Assembly: GCF_009834535.1 (NCBI RefSeq)
Contig: NC_045697.1
Location: forward strand, 89,158,001 to 89,222,000
Length of the DNA: 64,000 nt
Source of the DNA: Camelus ferus
Taxonomy: Eukaryota
Direction of reading: 5' to 3'
Positions 28,492 to 41,203 of this stretch are shown one piece after another. The stretch's first letter is position 1. Every line of letters begins with the position of its first letter. The notes below the pieces were generated by a model that was not told where the DNA came from, did no database searches, and worked only from the letters and a program-made list of their open reading frames with translations. The position numbers and the translations under genes are program-made.

Positions 28492-28855
28492 TTTGTGCAC
28501 CATCTTGTCCAGACCACTCCCATCCCCTTCAGGAGAGAACTCATTTACCCAGTGGTTGACAAGTTGCCAACTGACAAATTATAATCAAGATCCACTCCAA
28601 AGACTGTCCTGGTCTGAAGAGAGCCATCTTGCCCAGTCATATCCTCTTCCTATGACTCAGGGTATATGTGCCCTAATTCCTTGCCCTTGGCCTGGAACCA
28701 TGCCAGCTCCAGAACTTGCTGTGAAGTCAGCTAAGGCTTTTCCTAAGACTGTGTCACAACTTCTGTCATTCATACTTCCTTTACCCTTACAATTTCTGAT
28801 ACCTAGAGCACACCTCATAAATTTCTTCCTTTCAGACTCTATCCCAGCATCTTTT
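28492..28855 (+). mobile_element. ERVL solo LTR (LTR16-like)
   Basis: cagctccagaacttgctgtgaagtcagctaaggcttttcctaagactgtgtcaca...gatacctagagcacacctcataaat. Confidence 0.7.
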
Positions 28856-28952
28856 AGTTTAATTTTATATGCATTGTGTTTAAGGTAAATCTAGGACTTA
28901 ACATAGTGCCCTTAATGAAAGAAACTGAGTCAAAGGGCATTAGAAGTCATAG

Positions 28953-29012
28953 TCATGAATAACATATTCATGAATAACAATGTCATGAATAAAAATGTCA
29001 TGAATAACAATG
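28953..29012. repeat. 15-bp minisatellite, 4 copies
   Basis: (TCATGAATAACAATG)x4 with minor variants. Confidence 0.9.
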
Positions 29013-29019
29013 AGAAAGG

Positions 29020-29350
29020 AGTGGAACAAGGGAAAATACTTGGGAATACAAATCATTTTGAATTTGGACAGAAGAAAAGACATGCGGAGAGAAGACTAAG
29101 AAAAAGAGAAAAGATGAACAGATGAGAGAAAAGTCATGGAAATAAGGAGCCACAGAAGACAGAAAAAGATAACATTTTAAGAAGGAAAGAATGGTCTCAA
29201 AGTCAGATAATACAGAGATATTAAGTAAGAGAATAGAAAAATGACTGACAGTTTGTTTAGCTCTAATACTAAATGCTTACTATGGGAGAAGCCATTTCAG
29301 TGGAATCATAACAAAGAAGCTGGGCTAGGATGCATTGAGTAAGAAATTGA
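29020..29350 (-). mobile_element. L2 internal fragment (appears to resume after the MLT2 at about 29902-29945)
   Basis: ttttaagaaggaaagaatggtc...ccatttcagtggaatc resembles antisense L2. Confidence 0.5.
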
Positions 29351-29398
29351 AAATTGAAAAAAAATTAATTTAAATAAAAAAGAATAAAAACAAAGGTA

Positions 29399-29901
29399 TG
29401 TGATGGTTAATTTTATGTGCCACCTTGACAGGGCTATGGGCGCCCAGATAACTAATCAAACATTACTTTATTCTGGGTGTCTGTGAAGGTGTTTCTTGAT
29501 GACATAGATTAACATTTGGATCAGTAAACTGAGTAAAGCAGATTGCCATCCCTGATGTGTGGTCTTCTTCTAATCAACTGAAGATCTGAATAGAACAAAA
29601 AGGCTGAGTAAGAAGGAACTTCTCTGGCCTGTCTGCATGAGCAGAAATATTGCTATTTTCTGGCTTTCAGACTCCAACTGAAACACTGGCTGTTTTGGGG
29701 TCTCAAGCTTGCCTGCCTTCAGACTGGAATGTATACCATCAGCTCTCTTGAGTCTCAGACCTTTTGACTAGGACTTTAACTACTGGGTCCTACTAGTTGC
29801 TCATTTGGGGATTTCTCAACATTCATAATCATGTGAGCCAATTTCTTATAATAAATCTCTTTACATATTGGTTCTGTCTCTGAAGAACCCTGACTACTAC
29901 A
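29399..29901 (+). mobile_element. ERVL solo LTR (MLT2C/D-like)
   Basis: TG...CA ends; tgtgatggttaattttatgtg...ctgagtaaagcagattgcc...gtgagccaatttcttataataaatctc...gaaccctgactactaca. Confidence 0.9.
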
Positions 29902-30464
29902 TAGAGACTATAAGTTGTTTCAAGAAGCTTGGCTAGAAGTGAAGAATTTTACTAGTACGTATGTTTAAATTTTAAATGAGAATGCTCCAGTGATAAAAGG
30001 TGCTACTTTTGTGTTCTTCCTTGGTTTTCTTCCTATTCCTATTTATCAAATACATAACACTTTATTATTTTTTATGTAATTTTCCGATGAGCCCTGTTGT
30101 TACTCAGAAGACTTTATCGTGTGTTCTAGATGTTGAAATGTCTACCCAGAACGTGAGTCCTAGAATGTTCTCTCCACGTGGTGGATCTCTCCACATGTCT
30201 GCTGTTTTGGTTTCCTTTGCATTTAACACTCAGAGGAAAAAAATCTTTAGTATTATCTCTATACTCAACTTCTATTAGCATGGTTATCTGAATTCCTTCT
30301 TTGTCATCACGTTCAGAGGTTTACAAAAAAGAATAATATGTTCTTAATAATACAAATAATTTTCACTCTGAATTTAAGTCACCTACAAAACTGTACTTAT
30401 AAATAACATTTCCAAAGTATTTTCCATTCACTTACTCCTCTGCAGATATGTCAGCCCATCTGCT

Positions 30465-30933
30465 TGTATTAGTTTCCTAAGGCGGCAGTAACAAAATAGC
30501 TCAAATGAGGTGGCTTAAAGCAACAGAAATTTCTTATCTCACAGTTCTGGAGGCTAGAGGTCCAAAATCAAGGTATCTTCAGGGCCATGCTCCCTCTGAA
30601 ACCTACAGAGGAAGAATCCTCCTTTGCTCCTTCTTAGCTTCTGGTGGCCCAGGTGTTCTTTGGCTTGTGGCAGTGTAACTCTAGTCTCTGCCTCCACCTT
30701 CACATGGCCATCTTCTCCCTGTGTGTCTGTCTTCACATCATCTTCCCTCTTTTTACAAGGTCACCAGTCATATTGGATTAGGGACCCACCCCACTGCATT
30801 ATGTTTTCATCCTGACTTAACTAAGTACATCTGCATTGATTCTATTTTCAAATAAAGTTACAATCTGAAGTACAGGAGCTTAGGACTTTAATATATTTTT
30901 TTGGTGGGGTGGGGACACAATTCAAACCAAAAA
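30465..30933 (-). mobile_element. MaLR solo LTR (MLT1B/C-like)
   Basis: tgtattagtttcct...tcacagttctggaggctagaggtccaaaatcaagg...ggggacacaattcaaacc. Confidence 0.9.
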
Positions 30934-30937
30934 AAAA

Positions 30938-31215
30938 CTGTTCTTTCTTGAGCACACTAAGTCTTTTTATACCTTGTGGCCTTGCACTCCTTTGCCCTTT
31001 CTTGTGCCTGTCACATTCTTCCACTCCTTCAGGACTGTGCTCATATATAACCTTATCAGAGAGCCCTTCCACGACCACCTACTGCCATTCCCTGTTACCT
31101 CATACTTCTTAAAAATACTCATCATCATCTGCATGCTGTTTGTTTATTTGCTTATTCATTTATTGTCCATCTGTTTTCAATGATAGACTATACTCCTAAA
31201 GCAGAGGTGTTATCT
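30938..31215 (+). mobile_element. L2 fragment
   Basis: ttcttgagcacactaag...ggccttgcac...tcagagagcccttccacgaccacc. Confidence 0.6.
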
Positions 31216-31434
31216 TATGAATTGTGGAAGAAAGGAGAATCAACAAGGAAGACATTAGGGTGGAAGTAAGGGTCTGTGATGACTAAATGTTCTCAAGCTT
31301 CTATAAACCACAAAAATAAATACTGATATTAAATCAAAGGAAAAAAATAAGCCAAATTCTTACTAATATGAGATTTAGGGATAAAGATTATATTTTAAGC
31401 AAATACATATAAGGGACATTAAAAAAAAAGAAGT

Positions 31435-32201
31435 TAATTCAAAATATGCAGCAACTATTTATTGAATGACTATTATGTGTCAAACACTATTCTGGGCACT
31501 GATGCTATAGCAGGAAAACACTTAGATAAATACTCTGCTGTCATAGCACCTACCTTCTTAAAAGAAGAGAGAAAATAACCAAATTTTTAAGAAAAATTAA
31601 TACATATAGAAAGAGTCTGGTAGATGGAAGTGCTTGACAGGGTATCATTTTATCCTCATTTTATCTAAGAGCAGCCTCTTGATAGAGATGACATTTGAGA
31701 AGTGTCTTTAAGAAATAAGGAACAATCCCTTTGGAGATCTATAGGAGCAGCATCCAAGACAAAATGACCAGCAACTACAAAGGCCCTAAGATGGAAGGAA
31801 TGGCAAGAAGTCCAGAGTGGCCAGAGCAGAGTGAATGAGAACAACAGGAGTGGTAGGTGGATTTGACCATAGGGGTCAGAAGAAGTGAGACTTTGTAGAC
31901 CAGGAATGATAAACTATGACCTTAAAGGTTAAATCCAACCTGGTGCCTGTTTTTCTAAACAAAATTTCATTGGAATATATCCAATTCCATCCATTTGTGT
32001 ATTTTCTATGGCTGCTTTCACACTACAAGGGTAGATTTGAGCAGCTGTGACCATGACCACATGGGACACAAGCCTGAATGATAGACATGTGATCTGACTC
32101 ATGTTTTAAAAAGCTTACTCTGACTGTTATACGAAGAATAGACCGTACGGAGTTAAACATAGAAGAAGGAAAGCCAGTTAGGAGATGTCATAATGTTCCA
32201 G
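31435..32201 (-). mobile_element. L2 3' region, interrupted by MER58
   Basis: tatttattgaatgactattatgtgtcaaacactattctgggcactg...caaaggccctaag...gatctgactcatgttttaaaaagcttactctg. Confidence 0.8.
31901..32078 (+). mobile_element. MER58A-like hAT-Charlie
   Basis: aaactatgacc...aaatccaacctggtgcctgtttt...ctatggctgctttcacactacaagggtagatttgagcagctgtgac. Confidence 0.8.
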
Positions 32202-32719
32202 TACACATAAGCCACATTGTTAATTTACATAATTAAGTAATTTGGTCATCATAAGTAATCACAGGACTGGCCTACTTAAAATAGAGGAATGTACTATTTT
32301 ACATTTAATTTTGGTGTGAATTTTTAAAAATCTTATACACTATCTTTTTTGTATTAGCTATTTTTAGTATCTCCAATGTCTCATTTTCCTAAATGCTTGT
32401 TTTTTAAAACTATATAATGAAAACAGAAAAATTTTAGTTTCTATTTTCTTTTCACTTTGAACAAGTCTAATGTCATGGGTGTTCTAATTATTCTCATGCA
32501 GATTACTTTTGCTGTATCTGAGTATTTCTTTAGGTTACTTTGGTAAATTTGCACTAACTTTTAAGCTCCACTGCAATTAAAATCTTTATCTGAATCACTG
32601 AACTTGTAAAAAATAGTCTTCTTCTCACAGTATTAAAGTGAAATTATAAACCCTTTTTTAAAACTAATCTTAACAGAGATTAAAAAGCATGTAATTAACA
32701 TTAAATGAACAATACTGTG

Positions 32720-33185
32720 ACATTCGTATCAGACAACAAACATTTATCAGGCACTGACTGTGACAGACACTGTCCTATGCACTAATGTGAAATGACTAAT
32801 GAACAGACATGCTGCTTTCCCTCATACAAGGTGATAATATAGATGAGGAGAGAGGCAAGAACAAATAAGCAAGTAACCAAACAAAAAGAAATCAATCGCG
32901 AACGAAAAAGCTGCAGAAGGCAACAAACTGCTAAGATAGAAATCATGGAGACCTACTTTAGTTTAGATGGCAAATGAAGGATTTTCCAGAGAAGTAATAT
33001 TTAAGCCGAAATCTAAAAATAAGATGCAGTCAAGCTGTAAGGAACAGAAGGAAGTCTATGATAGACAGTAGGGGCAGCACAGTTAAAGCCCCTAAGATAA
33101 GAATATCTTTGGTGTGTTTGAGGAATTTAAAAGCCAATGCTGCAGAAGCACAATCATCAGAGAATAGAGTGGGGATGACCTCAAT
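32720..33185 (-). mobile_element. L2 3' region
   Basis: caacaaacatttatcaggcactgactgtgacagacactgtcctatgcact...ggtgtgtttgaggaatttaaaagccaatg. Confidence 0.7.
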
Positions 33186-34814
33186 CTCACTGAACAAATA
33201 ACGTATGCAGCTCCTAACACTCAAGGGCACGTTTACACAATTTCAGTAAATTCTGTGAAAAGAAGAATATTCAGGGACACTTTTTAAAGATGACTTAAAA
33301 TAAGTGCTTTGCCTAGTTTAGAGAAAAGGCTTGAATTATTTGATATTAATCCAGTCAAATATTAAATTTTTTTCTCTAGGCACAATCTAAAGAATCTAAG
33401 AAATAGGATTTTTCATTAGCTACATCATTCCAATTTATATGCTTCATAGCAGGAAATCCGTTTCTGTGTGTGCATGCTTTGATCTTACCGTTTTATTTCA
33501 TCTTACTAAATTCCTTATAAATTCTTACCAAATATAAGCCTTGGGAGGTATGTATAAAATCCATTTCCATTTTTATCCTATTACTGGGTTCTTTCTTACT
33601 GAAAAAAATCCCTAAAGTTGCTCTCATTTTTATGCAGTTTAAAGATACAGTTTCATGCCTCCAGAGAAACAGTTTATTTACTTTAACTTTGATCATAGCT
33701 GAAAACTTAAGTGTTTTTAAACATGTATTTTCCTTAGGTGATAAAATAGGCTTTTTATTTTTACCAAAGGGTAATCTAAATAAATTTATATGTTTCCCAG
33801 TAGCAGTGAGTTGGAAATCCCTTTATCACATAAAAATGTAGCCAGTAGGTATATATTTCTGTTTTAGAATACAAATTGAGGAATAAAAAATTTTAGTCAC
33901 ATCATGAATAATTTGCAATACATGAACAGTGATTATTCAACATACAATAGATCTCTGACTTTTTTCCTAGCAATCTCATTTTCTGCATTTTATTGTAAAA
34001 ACATAGACAAGCTGTTTGATCTATTTTGTCTAAATGTCATACTTCAAAAGTAACAGAAATTATGAATTCAAGTTCAGATTTGGGCAATTTCAATTTCCTT
34101 AGTTTAATACAATAATTCTTTAGAAGAAGAAAACTGTTTTTACTGGAAAAACCATCAAACAATTCAGAAACAAATACGGAGGCTTTATCAGCTCTTTCAC
34201 TATAAACTGACTGAAATTAATTTTGCTAGATGAAATATACTATTATATTTTTAAACATATATTTGTTACCAAATATATATCATTATGTGACAAAGCTTGC
34301 ACTTAGTTGTAGGGCCAGTCCCAGCTGTCACAAACCCATACTGACTGGGAAAGTATAAAGTACTGAGATGGATCAGAATAATGGCACTTAACACAGTCTA
34401 TGGCCATGGAGAGGAAATAGTATTTACTCTTGTAATTTAACAAGTAGCACATAAAATTACCTAGAGGACATTTTTTAACCACATAAGCTTGGGCTCTATT
34501 TCATATCGTGACAAAATGGTGTGGGGAGGTGTCCTATAAACCAGAGAGTGATATAATCATATATACTAATAAAGAAGGTCATGAGGCATCAGAATAAAAT
34601 TCGACGGGGTGATAGAGGAAGGAAGTATTCCATTGGGGAGCTTACTGCAGTAATCTGGGTATGGATGATGGTGCATGAATTAAGGTTGTGTATGTGGAGC
34701 TTGAGAGAATCAAGAGATAGTGAAGATGATTGCATGGATATAGAGTATAAAAAGAAAAGAGGAATTTTGTTGTGTAGAGGAAAAGACATTGGTTAAGAAT
34801 CTGAAACATTAGAT

Positions 34815-34945
34815 ATGTGCTGTCCAATATGGTAGGCACTAATAGTCACGCATTACTTATTGAGCATGTACAATGTGACTATTCTGAATTGAGATACGTT
34901 TTATGTGCAAAACCCATCAGATTTTGAAAATTTAGTAAGAAGAAT
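34815..34945 (-). mobile_element. MER33-like hAT-Charlie fragment
   Basis: gtgctgtccaatatggtag...ttattgagca...aatgtgactattctgaattgagat. Confidence 0.7.
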
Positions 34946-36834
34946 GATTTTTTTCTTTTGCTTGGAGTATCAGCTCTAAATTATAATGTATAGATAAATG
35001 CACTTCTTTCAAAATCATTCTTTGAATTCTCTGAAAGAGCATCCTTACAGCCTGGGCTAAGCCAGTGGTAATTTTTAAAGCCATCTTCGGTAGAAAGTAA
35101 CTGTTTGCACCTCTCACAATTGGCAGGGTCTTTGTTATTACATATATCACATAACTTGTTTGAGAGAATGGCCAAAGCAGATTTTCACAAAAATAAGTGA
35201 ACATTTTCTTTTGGCTTTGTTTTCAAAATTAGTCACAGTGGGAGTTGATTTCATTTTAAATGCACTAAAACATCAAAGTCTCCAAATTTTGCATACAGAG
35301 TACACGATCTAAAGAAAACATTAAACACTCAGTCGACTGTAAAGTAGTTATAAATCAAGTGGAAAACATAACTGCACACACTACTTCTCTTTTATGTATT
35401 CACACTGTTAATTTGGGTAAGATGAGGATTAAGATCATTTAATAATTTTTTCACGATATGTGAAGTGTGACATATTTAATGTTTCCTTACAAATAGGATT
35501 ATATTATGTGCCTGATTGCCTGCAGGGATTTTTCTTAAGCCAGAAAACATAATTTAATACTAACATGTGATTTTAAAAAATGAGACTAACACAGTTCATA
35601 GTGAATTCATGATTTTTATAAAAACTGTTCTCTTCAACAGTTTATTAATTAATGTTTCTTAAAATTCATGATCACTTATTTGTAAATTCTTCTTCCTGCA
35701 ACCTAGAAGATAACAGTATTCCTCTCTCCAAACCATTCCCCTTCTCTTCCCAATCTCCTCTTCCAAACTCACCACAACCACAGCAAAATGCCTTTTTCAC
35801 TTCTGCAGTTTAAAGAAGAAAACTCAACCACAGTCACCACCATTCCCTGAATATGATCAGTCAGGTTATATTCCTTTACAAAGAATGGAATGATCACGTG
35901 CAAGAAAGAGCGGCAGAGGCCAGCAGTGGAGGGTTAGTCGCAGTCACAGTTACAGGGGGCACTCCTGGCTCTAGCTGTATTTCTCTTACTTTCCTTTTGT
36001 AATTTTCCTTTTTGGTGATGTGTACCCTGTGTTTTTCACCAAGAGCAAAATACAATCCTGCCTGTTCTGTGGAAGATTTGGTATGTAAAAGCATACTGGG
36101 GGTAAATTTATAGCATGATGGACTCTGAGAAGGTGAGGGAGAACTTGAATACAATATTAACTAAGGAAACAGATTATTTAAGATAGCAGGACTAAAAACC
36201 ATACTTCTATTTTAAGAGACCATGTATATATTACTAAGGAAGCATGTTGTGACATGTGAAGTATGGTTAATGCCACTTTTTAACATGATGTTTTGATAAT
36301 TCTCTATTTTTTAAATTTAGCTATTCATTACTTATACATTGATTTTTCTGTATGTGCTAGGCTTTATGCTAGGCAATGACAAATACAGCAGTGAATAAAA
36401 TAGTTCTTGAATTTGTGGGCGTAAAAGTGTTTTTGTAAGAAATATATGCATTTTTTAAGAAGTCATATTAAAAATGCTCCAAATTCTAAGCAATCTTTCT
36501 CATAAGAATAAAAAGAAAAGGTAGCATTTATAGAAAATATTTGTTGGTAGATCTTGCTAGTTTGTTTTCTATATTTTGACTGACGTTTCAGAAAAAGAAA
36601 AAAAGAAAAAGAAAAACTCCCTGGTGCCTAAAATGAGAGAAAAGAGGTGCAGTCTGATGTTACAATTCAATCTAGTTTAAATTACACGTAGGAATTAGAA
36701 CTGAGGAACTTCTATTAATGATAATCAGTGAAGTGGTTACAAAAACTCTATCAGTGATAATTGTAAATTCTGTACCAAGACAAAAAGAAAAACATTTAAA
36801 GGTATTAAAAAGTGTTCCAAATTATTGTGTTAAC

Positions 36835-37350
36835 AGGATAATTCGTTCCTGAATTAAAACTATGAAGGGGTAAACTTAGCATAAAATAATCATACAAAGA
36901 TCCATGTACAAATATTCATAATAGCATTTTTCCTTAAACTGGAAATAGCCAAATGTTTATCAACAATTGTTAGAGTCATTCAGTGCAATGATACTCAGCA
37001 ATAAAAAAAATGAATTATTGATATATAGCAGGATAAATGTTAATACCATTGTGCTGAGTGAAAGGATCAAGATACAAGAGTATATACTATAATTCCATTC
37101 ATATGAAATTCCAGACTATACAAAATAATCTATACCATAGATAGCAGATGACTGGTTGCATGTGGTTGGGTTGGAGGGATGATTAACTCAATAAGGAATG
37201 AGAATATCTGTGAGTGATGAAAACAGTTTGCATGTTGATTTTGGTGATGCTTACATGTGCATGCATTTGTCAAAACTCATTGAGCTGTAAATGTAAAATA
37301 TGTTCTGTAATTGGTTCATATATTTACCTTAATAATACTGATTTTAAAAG
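36835..37350 (+). mobile_element. Ancient L1 (L1ME-type) 3' end
   Basis: gctgagtgaaaggatcaagatacaagagtatatactataattccattcatatgaaattc...catttgtcaaaactcattgagctgta. Confidence 0.8.
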
Positions 37351-37377
37351 CCAAGATAAAGAGAATTATAGGCAGAA

Positions 37378-38300
37378 TGGACTTCCACTTTCAATCAAGA
37401 TGTTGTAAAAGGGCTGTATTGAGCCACCGGCCTAAAACAACTAAGAAAAGGGACAAACTATATAAAACAATGTTTTGAGCATTGGACAACAAAAGCTAAT
37501 GATCACTGAGAAATGGGACTACAAACAAGGTGAGCCCTAAAATTGCCCTACTTGCAGTCTAGGGAAAGTTGGCAGACCACAGAGCAGTGAGGGAAAGCTC
37601 CCTGAGTGAAGGAGGCAAAGCAGTGTGTGTGAGAAGGGCAAGGTGGCTTGAGTTCATAACAGAGTCTCAGAGAAGATAAAACTGAGCAAAAAAAAAAAAA
37701 AGGAGATCTAAAGAGAGTCTCCTTTGGTATTTTTGGTTGAGTCTGACTGATAAGTATATATTTGTTAGGAAACTACCTGAGTGACTATTCCCAAGACTAA
37801 GAGTGAAAATTTTGTAATTCACAAGGCATCAGGTATGTATCAAGAAGGGTCTTCCTTTATTGTAGGAAAAAATTTACCTGAGATGAAACAATGCTTTGAT
37901 ACTAACAAAAGCAAGATCCAAAGAAAGTCAAACTATTTCCAAATAACTAAATTGCACCCAAACACAACGCTCAATAATATTCATGGGAATACAAAAAACA
38001 GCAACTGACAAAGTAAAATCCACAATATCAGACATCTAACAAAAAATTACAAGGCATAAAGAAGCAGGAAAATACAAAATTGAATAAAAATAAAAATCAG
38101 TCAATTAAAAATAACACACTTGATAGAATTAGTAGGCAAGCACATTAAAATAATTATAACTGTTTCATATGTTTAAGAAGCTAGAGCCACATCTGAGGAT
38201 GTTAAGCAGAAACTTTTAAAGAATAAACTACAATATCTGAGATGGAAGAAAACCGTTTGACATCAAACATTATGGATATTTATTAGATATTGCAAAATAA
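37378..38300 (+). mobile_element. Ancient L1 5' region (L1M4/L1MD-like)
   Basis: ggacttccactttcaatcaagatg start; ggtgagccctaaaattgccc; A-rich ORF1 start remnant. Confidence 0.6.
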
Positions 38301-38309
38301 TTATGAGCA

Positions 38310-39145
38310 AAACAATTCCTAATTTTACCAATCTTCCTTTGACCATTTTTTCCATGAAGTTAATGGAAATTCCATTCTTTCAGTTTCTCAGGCATAATTT
38401 TTATGTTATTTTTGACTTATTTATTTTGTTCTCACTCCATATCTATTTTTTCATCAATCTTTTACTTATATTTTTCAAAATATATCCAGAATCCCACCAT
38501 TTCTCTCTCTGTTTATGGCAGTGTCCTCCTAATTGTTCTCCTTGCTTTCATGCTTGTCCCCCTACAGATTACCTTCCACACAGCAGCCAGTGTGATCTTA
38601 TAACCTGAATCTAATCATGTCACCTTCCTCCTGAATATTATCACATGGTTTCCAGACTCACTGACAACATCCTTATCAAGGCCTACAAGTTTCTACAATT
38701 TCGCTCGTAACTGATTCTCTGATATCATACCTTACTACTTTTCCATTACTCATTATGGGCCAATTATTCTGGCTTCTCGGTTAACTAAAAACATCATACT
38801 GCTTCAGCTTAGATGCTGTGGCATTTGTATCCTCTGCATGAGTTCCTCTTCCTCCATACATCTGAATGATACCCCCATCACTTCCATCGGGTCTCAGATT
38901 ATCAGTGAAGGTTTCCCTTATTATCCTAATACAAAATAGCTTCTTCATTATTCATTATTTTCCTAACCTCCTTGAACTGTCTTTACATAACATGGCAACC
39001 TGACATGGTATGTTTATTTATAAATTCTCTCTCTTTCACTAGAATGCAAGCACATTAACAGACACAGAGAAAGACTCGTTTGTTTTTATCTCCCTAGCAC
39101 TTACAACAGGGATTGGCACACAGTAATGGCAGAGTAGTGAATAAA
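38310..39145 (+). mobile_element. L2a 3' region
   Basis: aatatatccagaatcccaccatttctc...cacacagcagccagtgtgatctt...ctagaatgcaagc...ggcacacagtaa. Confidence 0.85.
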
Positions 39146-39215
39146 TAAATAAGTAAATAAATAAATAAGTAAATAATTAAGTAAATTAACTAATTAATTA
39201 ATTAATTAAAAATAA
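39139..39215. repeat. (TAAA)n/(TTAA)n low-complexity tail
   Basis: Direct observation. Confidence 0.85.
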
Positions 39216-39939
39216 ATTTATAAAACTAAAAAGGTAAAGAAGACATAATTCCTACATGGTACAACGTTATGAGTACTACGATAGAGGAAGAAGCATAGTA
39301 ATATTCTTTGAAGAGGTTAAAAGAGAATCAGTCGGAGGGATTAGAGAAATGGCTTACATGAGCCATTATATGGTTTCTGAAATGATTTGTTTTCCTAGAT
39401 ACCGTTTTGCAAACCAATCTTTGTGCTTTAAATATCATGATTCTAAAATAAAATATGATCAATTAGCTTCAGATCTTTCAGTGCTCCCACAATGTGCCTG
39501 ATGGTTGGATCTTACTAGTCATTTGAGACATCCTCATTTATCACGTCGGCTGAAACATAGAGCCTGATGCAGAATGCATTTCCAGCTTCACTTTACTTAT
39601 TCAAATAGGTTTCTCTTGCAAGAACTATTCTGGCTCTAAGATTCCTAATTTGACACCCCCCCCCCCTCCTTTGAGAGCTAGTTCTGGCTCCACTGGTTTT
39701 TATATTGTATTCAGACTGCCATATTGGTTTTGCAAATTCCTTTCCCATAGATCTCAGCCAATGTCATCAAGATTTGCACTGCAGCTTTCAGTTTGCTACA
39801 TTCAACCTGAATTCAATGTGGGGATGGAATCAACATTAGCAACTATTTCTTTATTCCTTGAGTGGGGGTGGGGATATCCCTATTTATTTAAATAATCATA
39901 ATTAACTATTATGTTGTCTTCAGACAAAAATCTTGTTAA

Positions 39940-40260
39940 GTGATACACCTGTCTTCAGTTTTAGGTTTTTTCTGGGCCTTGAACCTTTTTCCTCTATGCA
40001 CATTTCTACTTTATCTGTTTGGAGACCTTCCTGTGATCTTTAAAATTCAGTTTAGTTGTCATCCATCCTGTGAAATTTTCTCTGTCCCCCTCCTCTACAT
40101 CACTCCCTGGACTGCCATTTGCACAGAATTCTACAGTTTCACTGAACAAACGCCGGAGTAATTGTTTACACGTGTTTCACTCAGAAGACTGTAATCTCTT
40201 TGTGTATAGTAGAGTACGTAACATATTTTAGGCATTCAATACATGTCTGTTGGATTGAGT
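39940..40260 (+). mobile_element. L2 3' fragment
   Basis: ctttaaaattcagtttagttgtcatccatcctgtgaa...taggcattcaatacatgtctgttggattga. Confidence 0.55.
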
Positions 40261-41168
40261 GTTTTGGAATTAATTATATTGTGTAGAATCCAATTAATGA
40301 TATTTGAACAGAACAGTGTGCAATGAACAGGGTTTTAGAAATGCAGATGGAGACTAAATGGATGTCAGAGGTGCAGTATTTGAAAAAATATGGCAGTGTT
40401 TGATAATTCAGAAGATGTTGATTCTAAGAAGTTGAACTTGAATGACTGACAAAACCAATATAATGTTAATAGAACTAAGAAAATCGGAAAGAAGATCTAG
40501 AACAGAAGTAAAAGACAAATTCTAATCTGACTGGTTCTCTTTGAAAAGCAAGATCAGTAATTAACTTTTAGAAGAGTCATATTTTAAATCTCACGCTAGT
40601 TATAAAATAGCATTTTCTTAATTCATTTATCTTAACAATGCAATGTTTAAGGCAAAGATTAAGAAATAAGTTTGAAAGATTTAAAAACCAGGCAACTAAA
40701 ATTTGAAAATATATTAAACTTATACAAAAATGACATTTGTTTCCATCTGTTCTTTATTGGGAAACTGTTAAGAACTGCTAAGCCAAAGCTCTGGTTATGT
40801 GCATATTAATGTGTGTGTACTTTTAAGGCAGTAACAGAGCAGCATAATGCTTTGCATTATGCATTCGTCTTTCAAAATTTTCTTTATGCATATTTAATGC
40901 ATATGTTTTTATTCTTTGAATGATCAAAACTTTTATACTAATTAAGATCATGCTAAACTTCAGACAGTGCAAACATAAGGAAAGCTCTGCATGCTGTGAG
41001 ATTTGCCTAAAAGGTAATTTTTTCTTTTCAGTACTGTCTCCATACTCAGTAATGCAATGGAACAAACAAGCATTACATGAGTTTAATTGTCTTCCTCTGC
41101 AAAGAATTAGGACTAGGGAGGGGAGGATTTGCAACCAAAAACTTAATGGTAATTCCTATCCATTCTTA

Positions 41169-41171
<3 letters not shown>

Positions 41172-41200
<29 letters not shown>
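41172..41200. repeat. (CA)n microsatellite followed by a purine-rich tract to about 41355
   Basis: Direct observation. Confidence 0.95.

Positions 41201-41203
<3 letters not shown>

Noticed and set aside
28953..29012. CRISPR-like array
   Set aside because: Head-to-tail repeats without spacers in mammalian DNA
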